A stretch of 64,000 bases of DNA from a virus, in IMG/VR virus record IMGVR_UViG_3300025127_000009, positions 128,598-192,597 of that record; one strand, written 5' to 3'. This document shows positions 23,870 to 32,767 of the stretch, one piece after another. A program made the translations under genes and the position numbers. How positions within the stretch are numbered: the stretch's first letter is position 1; every line of letters begins with the position of its first letter. The notes under the pieces were generated by a model, which had not been told where the DNA came from, did not search any database, and worked only from the letters and a program-made list of their open reading frames with translations.

Positions 23870-25732
23870 TTATACAAATTTAACTTCGCATGCTCCACCA
23901 GAGCAAGCGACTTCGCCGGATAAATTAGTGTTATCCTCTACTTCGGATACCTTTGTGAGATCTACTTCCTTTAAAGATTCCATCAATACATCATAGGTTT
24001 CTTTTGAACAATCCTCAAAGGGCGCTTGTGTGTAAGTGCCACCATCATATGGCAACACAGACAAGCCGTTATAAGAACTTCTATTTTCCCACATCCACTC
24101 ACCAACGTCAGCCCACTCAGCATCTTTAATAGATATTGTAGCGGACACATTGTGTGTGTTTTGGCCTTTCCTGAAACCAGGCTTTATCCAATTTTGAGTA
24201 ACATGATCAACTCTCTTTAATAATTGAAGAGCAGACTCTGTTCTATATATGGCACCCTCTGGGGACTTCTGAGGAACAGAAATAACCGCCGTCGTATGAG
24301 GGCTAAAGTACTCGTCTTCAACCAACTCAGGGTGATTTTCAATTAAATAATTATAAATTGATTCGTTTTTACCCACCCTAAGACGTCTAATATAAAAATC
24401 ATTGTGCCATGCATGGATTCCAGAACTGGTTCCAAGAACCAAGGATGTTGTTCCTGCTGGTTTGACGCAAGTTGTTCTTGCTGCTGGTCGTATGTTTATT
24501 AAATCTGCGACTCTTTTGTTTTCATTCTTAACTGCATTCGCTGCCGACTTCATATCAAGTTCTAAGACCTTACCAGAAGCGATACCGGTCATACTGACGC
24601 CGATAAGGGCATCTTTTTCAGTGGTTCTACGCCACACATCTCGAAGGTAATGAAAATCAGTGTAACTAGCCTGCAACGTACCAATAAAAGTTGCTGCTTT
24701 TACTCTTTCCTCTAAGTCTTCTTGACTTTCCAAGTTTGAAACATTTACTTCCGTTAAGTTACAAAATTGATACGGACGAAGACCAATCTCACAACACGGA
24801 TTCGTGCCCCAATCTTTGTCATTGGAAAAATAAAATCCTGGCTCGCCTGCGCCAGATGCCTTTACCCTTTCCCACAACCCCATGAAATATTCTTTATCTA
24901 TTTTATGTCTCAACAAAACAACAGAATTATTTGCGCGGCCTCTTTGAGGGTTTTTCTCCCACCAATTACCAGACTTTGCAGATATCATATCGTTATCGTC
25001 TGCTGAGAAAAGGGATATCAAGGCTGCTCGTCGAATACCACCAGCCAAGACTGCATCGGCTATGTGACAGACCATATCATGAACTTCGATTGGAATAAGT
25101 TTATCTCCATCTTCTTTTTGAGATAACAATCCCTCTAACTTAACCAAGCATTCGCGAAGCGGTTGAGGTCCTGGTGCTTTACCTCCGGAAGTTATAAGTT
25201 GCGCACCCTTTGGTCGAATATCAGAATAATCAAATCTTAGCCTAGAGCCACCAAAAAAATATGACCTTATCAAAGCCTTAACTGCATCAGCCCAGCCTTC
25301 AATCGAATCTGCAATAAGAAACCTTCTATTTCTTTTCATGTTAGGCTTTCTTATTTCAGGAAGTTTATCTACGTGATGGTTTTGTACGCTGAAACCTACG
25401 CCCGTTCCGCCGAGAAGTAAAAACATCGCCTCGCTAAAAGAACGCCAATCGTCAATCGGCATATAAGCACAATTAAATATTCTATTTGGTGCTACTTCTA
25501 TTGGCTTTCCCCCGAATTGAAGCGATCTCATAGATGGTAGTACCTTCTTTTCAAAAACAAATTTGTAGTTTTTGATAATCTGAAGTTCTAATTCAGGATA
25601 CTTCTTGAGATGCATATTCATATTTCTAGTAACCAATTCTTCCCACGTTTCTCTTCGGTTTTCCTCTGCTATATATTTAGCATATTTCATGTGTACAGTG
25701 ATGTCTGATAAAATGTCATTTGATAAACTCAT
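23870..25732 (-). CDS. nrdJ: Class II (adenosylcobalamin-dependent) ribonucleotide reductase
   Basis: 'VLPSMR', 'FNCAY', 'TNPCCEI' thiyl motif, 'VKPAGTTS', C-terminal 'CSGGAC'. Compact 620 aa. Confidence 0.92.
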   Translation of the reverse strand: MSLSNDILSDITVHMKYAKYIAEENRRETWEELVTRNMNMHLKKYPELELQIIKNYKFVFEKKVLPSMRSLQFGGKPIEVAPNRIFNCAYMPIDDWRSFSEAMFLLLGGTGVGFSVQNHHVDKLPEIRKPNMKRNRRFLIADSIEGWADAVKALIRSYFFGGSRLRFDYSDIRPKGAQLITSGGKAPGPQPLRECLVKLEGLLSQKEDGDKLIPIEVHDMVCHIADAVLAGGIRRAALISLFSADDNDMISAKSGNWWEKNPQRGRANNSVVLLRHKIDKEYFMGLWERVKASGAGEPGFYFSNDKDWGTNPCCEIGLRPYQFCNLTEVNVSNLESQEDLEERVKAATFIGTLQASYTDFHYLRDVWRRTTEKDALIGVSMTGIASGKVLELDMKSAANAVKNENKRVADLINIRPAARTTCVKPAGTTSLVLGTSSGIHAWHNDFYIRRLRVGKNESIYNYLIENHPELVEDEYFSPHTTAVISVPQKSPEGAIYRTESALQLLKRVDHVTQNWIKPGFRKGQNTHNVSATISIKDAEWADVGEWMWENRSSYNGLSVLPYDGGTYTQAPFEDCSKETYDVLMESLKEVDLTKVSEVEDNTNLSGEVACSGGACEVKFV

Positions 25733-27114
25733 TCTTTACTCCCCTTATTTTTAAACTTTTTATACTTCTCTGTCAATAAATCCCTTTGTTTTTTTGCCGC
25801 GTTCTTTACCACATCTTCCATGTCTTCACTGCTAAGCGGTTGTTCTAAGACTTTTATCTTTACATTGCTTGTGTCCATAAATATTGGATAGATCAATCCA
25901 TCTGGGCCGTTTCTATTTTTAGCAATAAAAATCCGCCCACCGTTTGTTTGCTTGTCTTCAATAGTTCTCGAAACCGAAAAAATAAAATCTGCAACGAAGC
26001 ACTTATTGAATGCTTCGGAAATGGATTCCATAGTTATAACCTCGGCATTTAGACCCGACCGATTCGTTTGAGAAGCGGTCCAAATAGGGCACTCATAGAT
26101 TTGTGAAATACCCCGTAACTCCTCATAAATAGTTTCCAACTGATGTCTTTTCTCGTCTTTTGAGAACTTTTCAGGTTTTATTAGGTCTCCATAATCGACA
26201 ATAATAAGGTCTGGCTTAAAGTCATGATTCTTCATTTTTTCTAAATGATTTTTAATTGTCTCAACAGTTGCAGATCTAGTTGGATACTCTTTTACAACTA
26301 ATTTGCCAGGCACTTCTTTAACTTTATCATAGATCTGCTCTTTAAACACACGTAGATCTTTAAGATGATATCCTGTAATTAAACTGTCATATCTGCCAGC
26401 AACCACTGTGTCTGCAAGTTCTAATGTGTAATGCACTACATTTTTACCACGCAACAATGCATGAGCACCTAAATGCACTAAAACCATTGACTTTCCTGCA
26501 CCAGTAGGCGCTATTACTACGCCCAGTTCCCCTGAACCTAAACCACCTTTTGTTAATTTATCAACAGGTGTCCACCCTGTGCTTATCGGATTTCTTGCTT
26601 TTAGTTCAAAGCGCCTCTCAAAATCAGCCAAATAATCATAACCTATATCATTACTTGTACCAAGTTTTAGAGCGTCATTAATAACTTTAGCAACTTCATC
26701 AAAAGAAGATTTTTTAATTAAATCAACAGACTGAATCATAGCCTCCTTCAATTTCTGTTTTTTGCAGAAATCTAGCGCAGTATCTTTGATATATTCAGTG
26801 CCGTCTATTTCATCTTGCTTTGCCAAAATCCTAGCAAAATAATCACGAAGCAACTTTTGAACGGACTCTTGTTCAGAAGTCAAACCAGTTCTCATTATGC
26901 TGGTCATTATTTTTTTACTAGGATGCACACCATATTGTTTTTTATATTCTTGAATCTTCTTTACAAAAACTTTTAGATAAGTGAGTTCTAAAAAATTAAT
27001 ATCTAGAACCTCAAATATTTGATCTGCAAATGGCCTATCTTCAAGAATCAAATGACACAGACTTTCTTGAAAAGACTTTCCAAATTTTGAAAAATCTTCT
27101 TTTGTTTGAAGCAT
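25729..27114 (-). CDS. dnaB: DnaB-like replicative helicase (T4 gp41-like)
   Basis: Walker A 'APTGAGKS', Walker B 'IIVDYGD', 'TASQTNR', 'IAKNRNG'. Confidence 0.93.
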   Translation of the reverse strand: MLQTKEDFSKFGKSFQESLCHLILEDRPFADQIFEVLDINFLELTYLKVFVKKIQEYKKQYGVHPSKKIMTSIMRTGLTSEQESVQKLLRDYFARILAKQDEIDGTEYIKDTALDFCKKQKLKEAMIQSVDLIKKSSFDEVAKVINDALKLGTSNDIGYDYLADFERRFELKARNPISTGWTPVDKLTKGGLGSGELGVVIAPTGAGKSMVLVHLGAHALLRGKNVVHYTLELADTVVAGRYDSLITGYHLKDLRVFKEQIYDKVKEVPGKLVVKEYPTRSATVETIKNHLEKMKNHDFKPDLIIVDYGDLIKPEKFSKDEKRHQLETIYEELRGISQIYECPIWTASQTNRSGLNAEVITMESISEAFNKCFVADFIFSVSRTIEDKQTNGGRIFIAKNRNGPDGLIYPIFMDTSNVKIKVLEQPLSSEDMEDVVKNAAKKQRDLLTEKYKKFKNKGSKE

Positions 27115-28112
27115 TAATTAAACCCTATTCCTTCCTGAATCATAGCATTGAATCGTCTAACCAAACAATCTAGGTTTGTGGACATCATCCCGTCAGATGA
27201 TAGCATTTTCCTAACCTCTGTCATGTTTAGCATTGGCTCATACTCTTCAAATGTTTGATTAATATATAAAGCAGATTGCACCGATATAAGCGGAGTTGCA
27301 AGTTGCATTATAGAGTAATTATTACACACTTTCTGATAATCTTCAAGCACTTTGTTATAAATTTTTAATTTAGATTCTTCTATCATTTCCTCAGAATAAA
27401 TTTTAATATCTGATAGTAGATAATCTTTATCATTCGCTAAAAAAGGAAAAGCCTTAGACACTGTTTTTAATCCAACACCTGGTAATCCATCGATGTTGTC
27501 ACTTTTATCACCAACCATCGCCCTTGCTAAAGCAAAATTATTAGGATGAATAGAGTGTGTTTCTAAAATACGATTCGTGTTCAACACTTCTTCTTGAGTT
27601 GGTCTAAACAACAAAGTTTTTTCATCCAACAACTGAATAAAATCTTTATCACTTGAGACTACAACTTTTTGCCACTCAGAGAAAATAGGCATCGACTTAA
27701 CATATGATATGACATCATCAGCCTCAACGTTGGGTTCTCTAAATTGAATAATTGGCATTTGATTTACGTATTCAATTGTTCTAAGTTGTTGCCATAATCT
27801 ATTTTCTTCTACTTCTTCCTGTGACATCTCATTTATCCACCTATTTAAGCGCATCTTGGATTGGCTTTTGAGTTTAGGTGGTTTTCTGCCCATTTTATAA
27901 TTTTTGTTTTGCGCCCTCCTTTGCGTAGAACCGCCTTCCCCATCCCAAACCACAACAAACAAATCTGGTTTTATTTGATTGCACAATTTGTTCAATGTAT
28001 GTAAAAAACCCACAGTGCCACCGATTGGAAAACCATTTGGTGTCATAGTGGGATTAACAATATACGAGCGGATAAACTGGTTCTGCGCGTCTATTAACAT
28101 TAATCTTTTCAT
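27114..28112 (-). CDS. 5'-3' exonuclease / flap endonuclease (Pol I N-terminal domain, T4 RNase H-like)
   Basis: 'LIDAQN', 'VVWDG', 'EADDVI', 'SSDKDF', H3TH 'GDKSDNIDGLPGVGLKT'. Confidence 0.93.
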   Translation of the reverse strand: MKRLMLIDAQNQFIRSYIVNPTMTPNGFPIGGTVGFLHTLNKLCNQIKPDLFVVVWDGEGGSTQRRAQNKNYKMGRKPPKLKSQSKMRLNRWINEMSQEEVEENRLWQQLRTIEYVNQMPIIQFREPNVEADDVISYVKSMPIFSEWQKVVVSSDKDFIQLLDEKTLLFRPTQEEVLNTNRILETHSIHPNNFALARAMVGDKSDNIDGLPGVGLKTVSKAFPFLANDKDYLLSDIKIYSEEMIEESKLKIYNKVLEDYQKVCNNYSIMQLATPLISVQSALYINQTFEEYEPMLNMTEVRKMLSSDGMMSTNLDCLVRRFNAMIQEGIGFN

Positions 28113-28122
28113 ATTTACTCCT

Positions 28123-28152
28123 AAAGAAAACCCCCTATTTCTAGGGGGTTTG
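28123..28152 (-). terminator. Rho-independent terminator after recA
   Basis: AAACCCCCTA-GAAA-TAGGGGGTTT followed by TCTTT on the minus strand. Confidence 0.8.
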
Positions 28153-28157
28153 TTTGT

Positions 28158-29297
28158 CTACTCTTCTGTAGAATCTGAACCTTCTGGTTCGTCTGGTTCG
28201 TAAAAATCAGACGCATTTCCTGTTCTGTCACTAAATTTCTTAATAACATCTTCGTCCATAATATGAAGAACTCTTTCTTTAAACTTATCATTCTCCAGTT
28301 TTGACAGCCAATGTGCTCTTTGAAATTTTTCTTTAGTGCCATCTTCATACACAAGAGCATACCAAGCGCCGGATTGTTCAAGATTTTCTGAAATTTGGAT
28401 TGCATCAAACCAACTCTCTCTATCTTGAATACCGACATGATCGGTCACATCCCAAAGGATTTTAAAGTTGCAGGTTCGGCCAGTTGAGCCAAAGCGAGAC
28501 TTTTCAATCTTACACTTCACCTCTGACCCGATCCTAAAACCATTATCATCCAAAACAAAAGATGCCTTTGCTTTGCGACCAGTTAGCCAAATTCTTAACG
28601 AGTAAGAATATGGGAGCGTTTTACCGCCAGGAGTCATATAGGGTGTCGTCATTGCTTCGGAAGGGCTCCTTGTGATGTTGGTCTTTAATTGGTTCAACAC
28701 CAACAAGCAGGCCCCTGCGTTTGCAATTGGTTGCACTAATTTGGGCATACCCTTTGAAAGAATCCTCGCTTTCATAGCCATTGAAGATTGAGGATTGTAG
28801 TCCGATTCTATATCGTGCTCAGAGGGCGTGAGAGCAAGCGAATCCCAAATGAATAACCACTTTTCAGGAATCTTTAAAAGATCTTCTATTTGAGCCAGCA
28901 CACTTTCTACAGAAGTAGCCTGGATATAAACTAGATCGTCTAAAATACATCCGGACCTTTCAAGAAAGTTGGAATCAATTGCTGACTCTGAATCAAAATA
29001 GGCTACTCTAAAACCTTTTTCTTGTGCGTTGGCTGCAATTTGAGCCGCCATGAATGATTTACCTGTAGCCTCAAGTCCAGCGATTTCAGTGACCTTTCCC
29101 ACTGGAATTCCTGCAAGTTTTCCTTTAGCGATAATAGAATCAAGCCAGCGAGAGCCTGTTGAAATCCAATCCTTAACATCCGTTGGATTTTCTTCTTGTA
29201 AATCATAAGCAACGCTAACCCCCGCACGTTTATTTAGTTGCGAAATAATGTCTTTTGTCGATATTTTACCAGATTTCAATTTTGTTACCTTATTCAT
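28158..29297 (-). CDS. recA: RecA/UvsX-like recombinase
   Basis: 'ISTGSRWLD', Walker A 'GLEATGKS', 'FIWDS', 'NQLK', 'TPGGK'. Confidence 0.93.
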   Translation of the reverse strand: MNKVTKLKSGKISTKDIISQLNKRAGVSVAYDLQEENPTDVKDWISTGSRWLDSIIAKGKLAGIPVGKVTEIAGLEATGKSFMAAQIAANAQEKGFRVAYFDSESAIDSNFLERSGCILDDLVYIQATSVESVLAQIEDLLKIPEKWLFIWDSLALTPSEHDIESDYNPQSSMAMKARILSKGMPKLVQPIANAGACLLVLNQLKTNITRSPSEAMTTPYMTPGGKTLPYSYSLRIWLTGRKAKASFVLDDNGFRIGSEVKCKIEKSRFGSTGRTCNFKILWDVTDHVGIQDRESWFDAIQISENLEQSGAWYALVYEDGTKEKFQRAHWLSKLENDKFKERVLHIMDEDVIKKFSDRTGNASDFYEPDEPEGSDSTEE

Positions 29298-29303
29298 CTT
29301 TTA

Positions 29304-30053
29304 TCAACCCAGCAACTCGTTGAACGCCTTTTCCACATCATCTGTGTTACTCTGCTCAACAACCGGCTTTTCACCAAACTTTTCAATCTGCTCAGATTCA
29401 CCGGACAAATGTCCGTCTAGAATCTGCTGGACTTCATCAGACGTCTTCCTTTCAAAAATAGTATCAAAGTTAGGAATTGTTTCTAGCAACTCTGCACAAC
29501 GCTCATCACCTCCGACTGCATCATCACATAGAGCAGACTTTCTAGGCCGAGGTCGAATATCTGTAGTGGGGAAAGACGCACCAGGAGCCTTTCCATAAAG
29601 TAACTTAAGATCGTTGCCATCCGTAGGGTCTGTAATATCTCCATAATCAGGATCCAAAACAATACCAAGCAACTTCTGATAGGCTAACTTGCCATAGCCC
29701 CAAACCCTAACACCTTCAGACTCCTCACCCCGTACCAACACGGGAGAGAAAAATCTCTGCTTGGCAAACATGGTCTTAGCCAAATTCTTGCTATCATCCG
29801 AATTTTCATTCCAGAGTTGATTTGCGAAGTCGCACACTGGGCAACTATCGCCAAAATTTCGCTTTGGGCATAAGAAACTTTGACTTCCTACATTGTAGTG
29901 AAACCATCTTTCCTTAAAAGGATCTCCATCTGCAGTTGGAACAATACGAATATTATTCTCTCCATCTTCTGGACGCCAGAAGTTCTTCTTCTTTTCGCCC
30001 TTGCCCTGTAGGGCATTCATCTTTTGTTTCATCAAATCAATATTTAAAGCCAT
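29304..30053 (-). CDS. Single-stranded DNA-binding protein, T4 gp32-like
   Basis: 'FWRP.DGEN.IRIVP', Zn-site 'CPKRNFGDSCPVC', 'DITDPTDGNDL', acidic C-terminus. The start is placed at ATG 30053 (SD CAGGAG) rather than the track start at 30101. Confidence 0.85.
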   Translation of the reverse strand: MALNIDLMKQKMNALQGKGEKKKNFWRPEDGENNIRIVPTADGDPFKERWFHYNVGSQSFLCPKRNFGDSCPVCDFANQLWNENSDDSKNLAKTMFAKQRFFSPVLVRGEESEGVRVWGYGKLAYQKLLGIVLDPDYGDITDPTDGNDLKLLYGKAPGASFPTTDIRPRPRKSALCDDAVGGDERCAELLETIPNFDTIFERKTSDEVQQILDGHLSGESEQIEKFGEKPVVEQSNTDDVEKAFNELLG

Positions 30054-30125
30054 GTTTTTCTCCTGTTGTTTTTTTGCTCTTTGGCTAAAGCAGGTCAGCA
30101 AATTTCCTGACCAACTGAATCTATA

Positions 30126-30162
30126 ATACTAAATGTTTTTTTGTTTGTCAACTATTTTTTTT
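30126..30162 (-). repeat. 37-bp direct repeat, copy 1, containing promoter TTGACA-N17-TAT(TAT)
   Basis: ATACTAAATGTTTTTTTGTTTGTCAACTATTTTTTTT (+ strand) is identical to 31348..31384. Confidence 0.92.
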
Positions 30163-31336
30163 CTTTCATAATGCCGTTTTTGTCTTGCACAAAATGCATT
30201 CCTTTATCAGAATTATGATTTAATTGTTTTACCCAGTAGACTTCCTTAATTTGAGCCCAGTTATTTTTTCTAAGTCTGGTATTTAACACATCAATCTTTG
30301 ATGATACAAAATCTCTCCTTTCCTTTTCAAGTGCTATGGGGTTAGTAGACGGTGAATTAACCTTCATTAATAACTTAATGCCTTTAGTTGTGCCCATGGC
30401 TGTGTCTAAATGCTTTTCCGTCAACTCTAATAAAACCTTCTCTTTTAGTTTGTTTCCGTTTGTAGAAACGGTAGTAATGTTTGTGTTATCTGCTGGATCA
30501 AACCACTCATTAAAAGACATCCTTGATGGTTTCTTGTTACCTGGCTTTACTCCCGAAGGCCAGCCTCTTGAGGTTGCTGCGTGAGTCCAATCTGCAAATT
30601 CGACCGGCTTAATTATTGATTTTCCTTTACCAGCCTTTTCTCTAATCTTGGTCCTTGTGCCTTTGCTAAGGAATTGTTTCGGGTGAAGTTCGTTCATTAT
30701 ATTATCGAAAGGACCTTCGTTTTCTTCAAACCAATCTCCAGTCGGGTTTAAACCACGAAAAGTAGGATCAATATTGTAAAGTCTTCTAATTTGCTGACCA
30801 ATACATTCCATAGTGTATGGGTTGTTTGGAGGAGCACTATTGCTGCCAATTTTTGCTATCTCATCTTCAAATTGGTTATCCTTGCAGAGGGTATAAGTGC
30901 CATCGTCATTTTCTAAATAAGGCTTTGATATCTCAAGAAAAGGCAATTTTTCACCTGGATATATTTCCATTAGCACTGGATACCTATTGTGGCCCGTTTC
31001 TAGAGTTTTTTGACTGTTTATATGGCAAACATAATGTAGACCTTCCTTTTCGATAAGAGGTTTAAGTTGTGCTTGACAATAAATAGGATCATAGTCCTTG
31101 TCTCTGACTTGAGATTTTTTTACCTGCGAAGGGTCTAAATAAAGAAAACTAGTAATAAATTTTCTATACTTCCGCCCATCGAAAGAGGTAAAAACAAGGC
31201 TTCTCAAATGGCCTTCATCCTTTCTGGGGTCTTTATAACCGGCTTTGATCAATTTTTGAACTGCCTTGTTTTCGGCAACCTCCATAGTGGGGATTTTTTT
31301 GTTTGCTTGTGCGCTCATATTATAACGTCCTTTCAT
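30152..31336 (-). CDS. ParB/Srx-like N-terminal domain protein
   Basis: 'SQVR...LKPLIEKEGL...LETGHNR' fits the ParB/Srx core with a GxxR motif. The real start may be ATG 31318. Confidence 0.55.
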   Translation of the reverse strand: MKGRYNMSAQANKKIPTMEVAENKAVQKLIKAGYKDPRKDEGHLRSLVFTSFDGRKYRKFITSFLYLDPSQVKKSQVRDKDYDPIYCQAQLKPLIEKEGLHYVCHINSQKTLETGHNRYPVLMEIYPGEKLPFLEISKPYLENDDGTYTLCKDNQFEDEIAKIGSNSAPPNNPYTMECIGQQIRRLYNIDPTFRGLNPTGDWFEENEGPFDNIMNELHPKQFLSKGTRTKIREKAGKGKSIIKPVEFADWTHAATSRGWPSGVKPGNKKPSRMSFNEWFDPADNTNITTVSTNGNKLKEKVLLELTEKHLDTAMGTTKGIKLLMKVNSPSTNPIALEKERRDFVSSKIDVLNTRLRKNNWAQIKEVYWVKQLNHNSDKGMHFVQDKNGIMKEKK

Positions 31337-31347
31337 TGTTTTGTAAT

Positions 31348-31384
31348 ATACTAAATGTTTTTTTGTTTGTCAACTATTTTTTTT
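31348..31384 (-). repeat. 37-bp direct repeat, copy 2, containing promoter TTGACA-N17-TAT(ATT)
   Basis: Identical to 30126..30162 and overlaps the tdk stop codon. Confidence 0.92.
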
Positions 31385-31915
31385 GTAATGTTTAAAACAT
31401 CTTGGCTCGTACATTTCTGAGCCACCTATCAATAACTCTCTATCATCGTCAAATTTTCTATATGTAAAGTAAGCATCCTCCTCGCACTGAGCACACACTG
31501 ATGGACATTTTACAATCTTTGTGGCCCAAGGCATCATTTTAGCAATTTCCTTAAATGGTTCAGCCTTAGAAGATAGGTCTAGACTTGATATTAGCACAGT
31601 TAGACCGGACTTGTAAAGACTTATTACGGTGTTTCCTATGTTTTCTATCATAAAGGCTTCGTCTATCGCCACCACTTCGGCAGCGCTCTTTTCTAAAGAT
31701 TCAAATATTTCAACACCAGAGACTATACATTGGGCTTTAATCCTACCTCCGTTGTGAGTAACAATTTCGCCAGTGGAGTATCTATTGTCTATCATAGGCT
31801 TGAATGCTGAAATTGTTTTACCTTGATATTTATATCTTTCAAGCGCGGCAATTAGCCTTGTTGTCTTTGAGCCAAACATAGGCCCAACAAACATAACCAA
31901 ATCAGGATTTTTCAA
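31370..31915 (-). CDS. tdk: Thymidine kinase (type II)
   Basis: 'GPMFGSKT', 'AIDEAF', Zn site 'CAQC...YEPRCFKH'. Confidence 0.95.
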   Translation of the reverse strand: MKNPDLVMFVGPMFGSKTTRLIAALERYKYQGKTISAFKPMIDNRYSTGEIVTHNGGRIKAQCIVSGVEIFESLEKSAAEVVAIDEAFMIENIGNTVISLYKSGLTVLISSLDLSSKAEPFKEIAKMMPWATKIVKCPSVCAQCEEDAYFTYRKFDDDRELLIGGSEMYEPRCFKHYKKNS

Positions 31916-31930
31916 GTTATATTTCCTCTA

Positions 31931-32767
31931 TTAGAAATCTTGTACTTTTGATGTATAAATTTTCATATAACAGAAATCGGAATCATACTGTGTTTTGTAG
32001 ACGCCGTAACTGTATTTACAGAACTCTTCGTTTTTATCTTTTATCAATTTTATAATATTTCTCTGAAGATTTTTATCATTATTTATATTTTCTTCAGTTA
32101 TTCCAAAATATAATCTTTTGTCTAGCGGGGTATCAATTGGAAAAAATAATTTCTCATCTCCCGACTTTTGTTCTAAAAGGCCTATAGAATAAATTCTACG
32201 AGTTTCAAGCACTTCAGAAAAATTTGATGCTTCTGCGGGCTGGTTATCAAAAACCTTAATCATATGAAACGCATTCACAATCATGCTATTCATGCTAGTA
32301 TAATAATCTGATATACTAGCATCCTCAACCAAAGCGTCCATCGACTCACTTGAAATTAAAAACATATCTTCAAATAGGCCAGATCTAGTATACTCTTGTA
32401 GTACTGAAAATATTACCTTATCTTGCATTCTTTTTTTGTCTGAAAGCAAAGCGGTCTCTGGCTTTATGTAAAGTATAGATATGTCTTTTTCTCTTATCCC
32501 ATACAGTAATTTTAACGCTATTGATGATACTGCGCTAGCGCCAGATAAAACACATATAACCTTATCTTTTACTTTTTTCTTTAGAGCAGGCTTAAGCGCT
32601 TTGAAGGCGTCTTCATATAACTCTGGCCTCTTTTGTTTTGTTATGGTGTGCTGATCTGTAAAGTTATGCTTTTCATCATCTACATAGATCAAATTATATT
32701 GAGGAAAATTACTAAAATTCTTAGCAACCTCTATCCCTATTCCACCAACTCCGATTACAGTATACAT
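31931..32767 (-). CDS. Divergent tubulin/FtsZ-family protein (PhuZ/TubZ-like)
   Basis: T1 loop 'VIGVGGIGIEVA' and the overall order of Rossmann elements ('ILYIKPE', 'FLISSE'). The T4 signature is degenerate ('SGASAVSS'). Confidence 0.6.
   Translation of the reverse strand: MYTVIGVGGIGIEVAKNFSNFPQYNLIYVDDEKHNFTDQHTITKQKRPELYEDAFKALKPALKKKVKDKVICVLSGASAVSSIALKLLYGIREKDISILYIKPETALLSDKKRMQDKVIFSVLQEYTRSGLFEDMFLISSESMDALVEDASISDYYTSMNSMIVNAFHMIKVFDNQPAEASNFSEVLETRRIYSIGLLEQKSGDEKLFFPIDTPLDKRLYFGITEENINNDKNLQRNIIKLIKDKNEEFCKYSYGVYKTQYDSDFCYMKIYTSKVQDF

Noticed and set aside
15578-29297. Inteins or introns in DnaE, NrdJ, helicase or RecA
   Set aside because: Lengths are normal or compact, with no C/S...HN-C/S/T splice junctions and no LAGLIDADG/HNH inserts.
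30126-31384. CRISPR array or IS element interpretation of the 37-bp repeats
   Set aside because: There are only two copies 1.2 kb apart, no spacers of CRISPR size, no cas genes, no terminal inverted repeats and no transposase motif.
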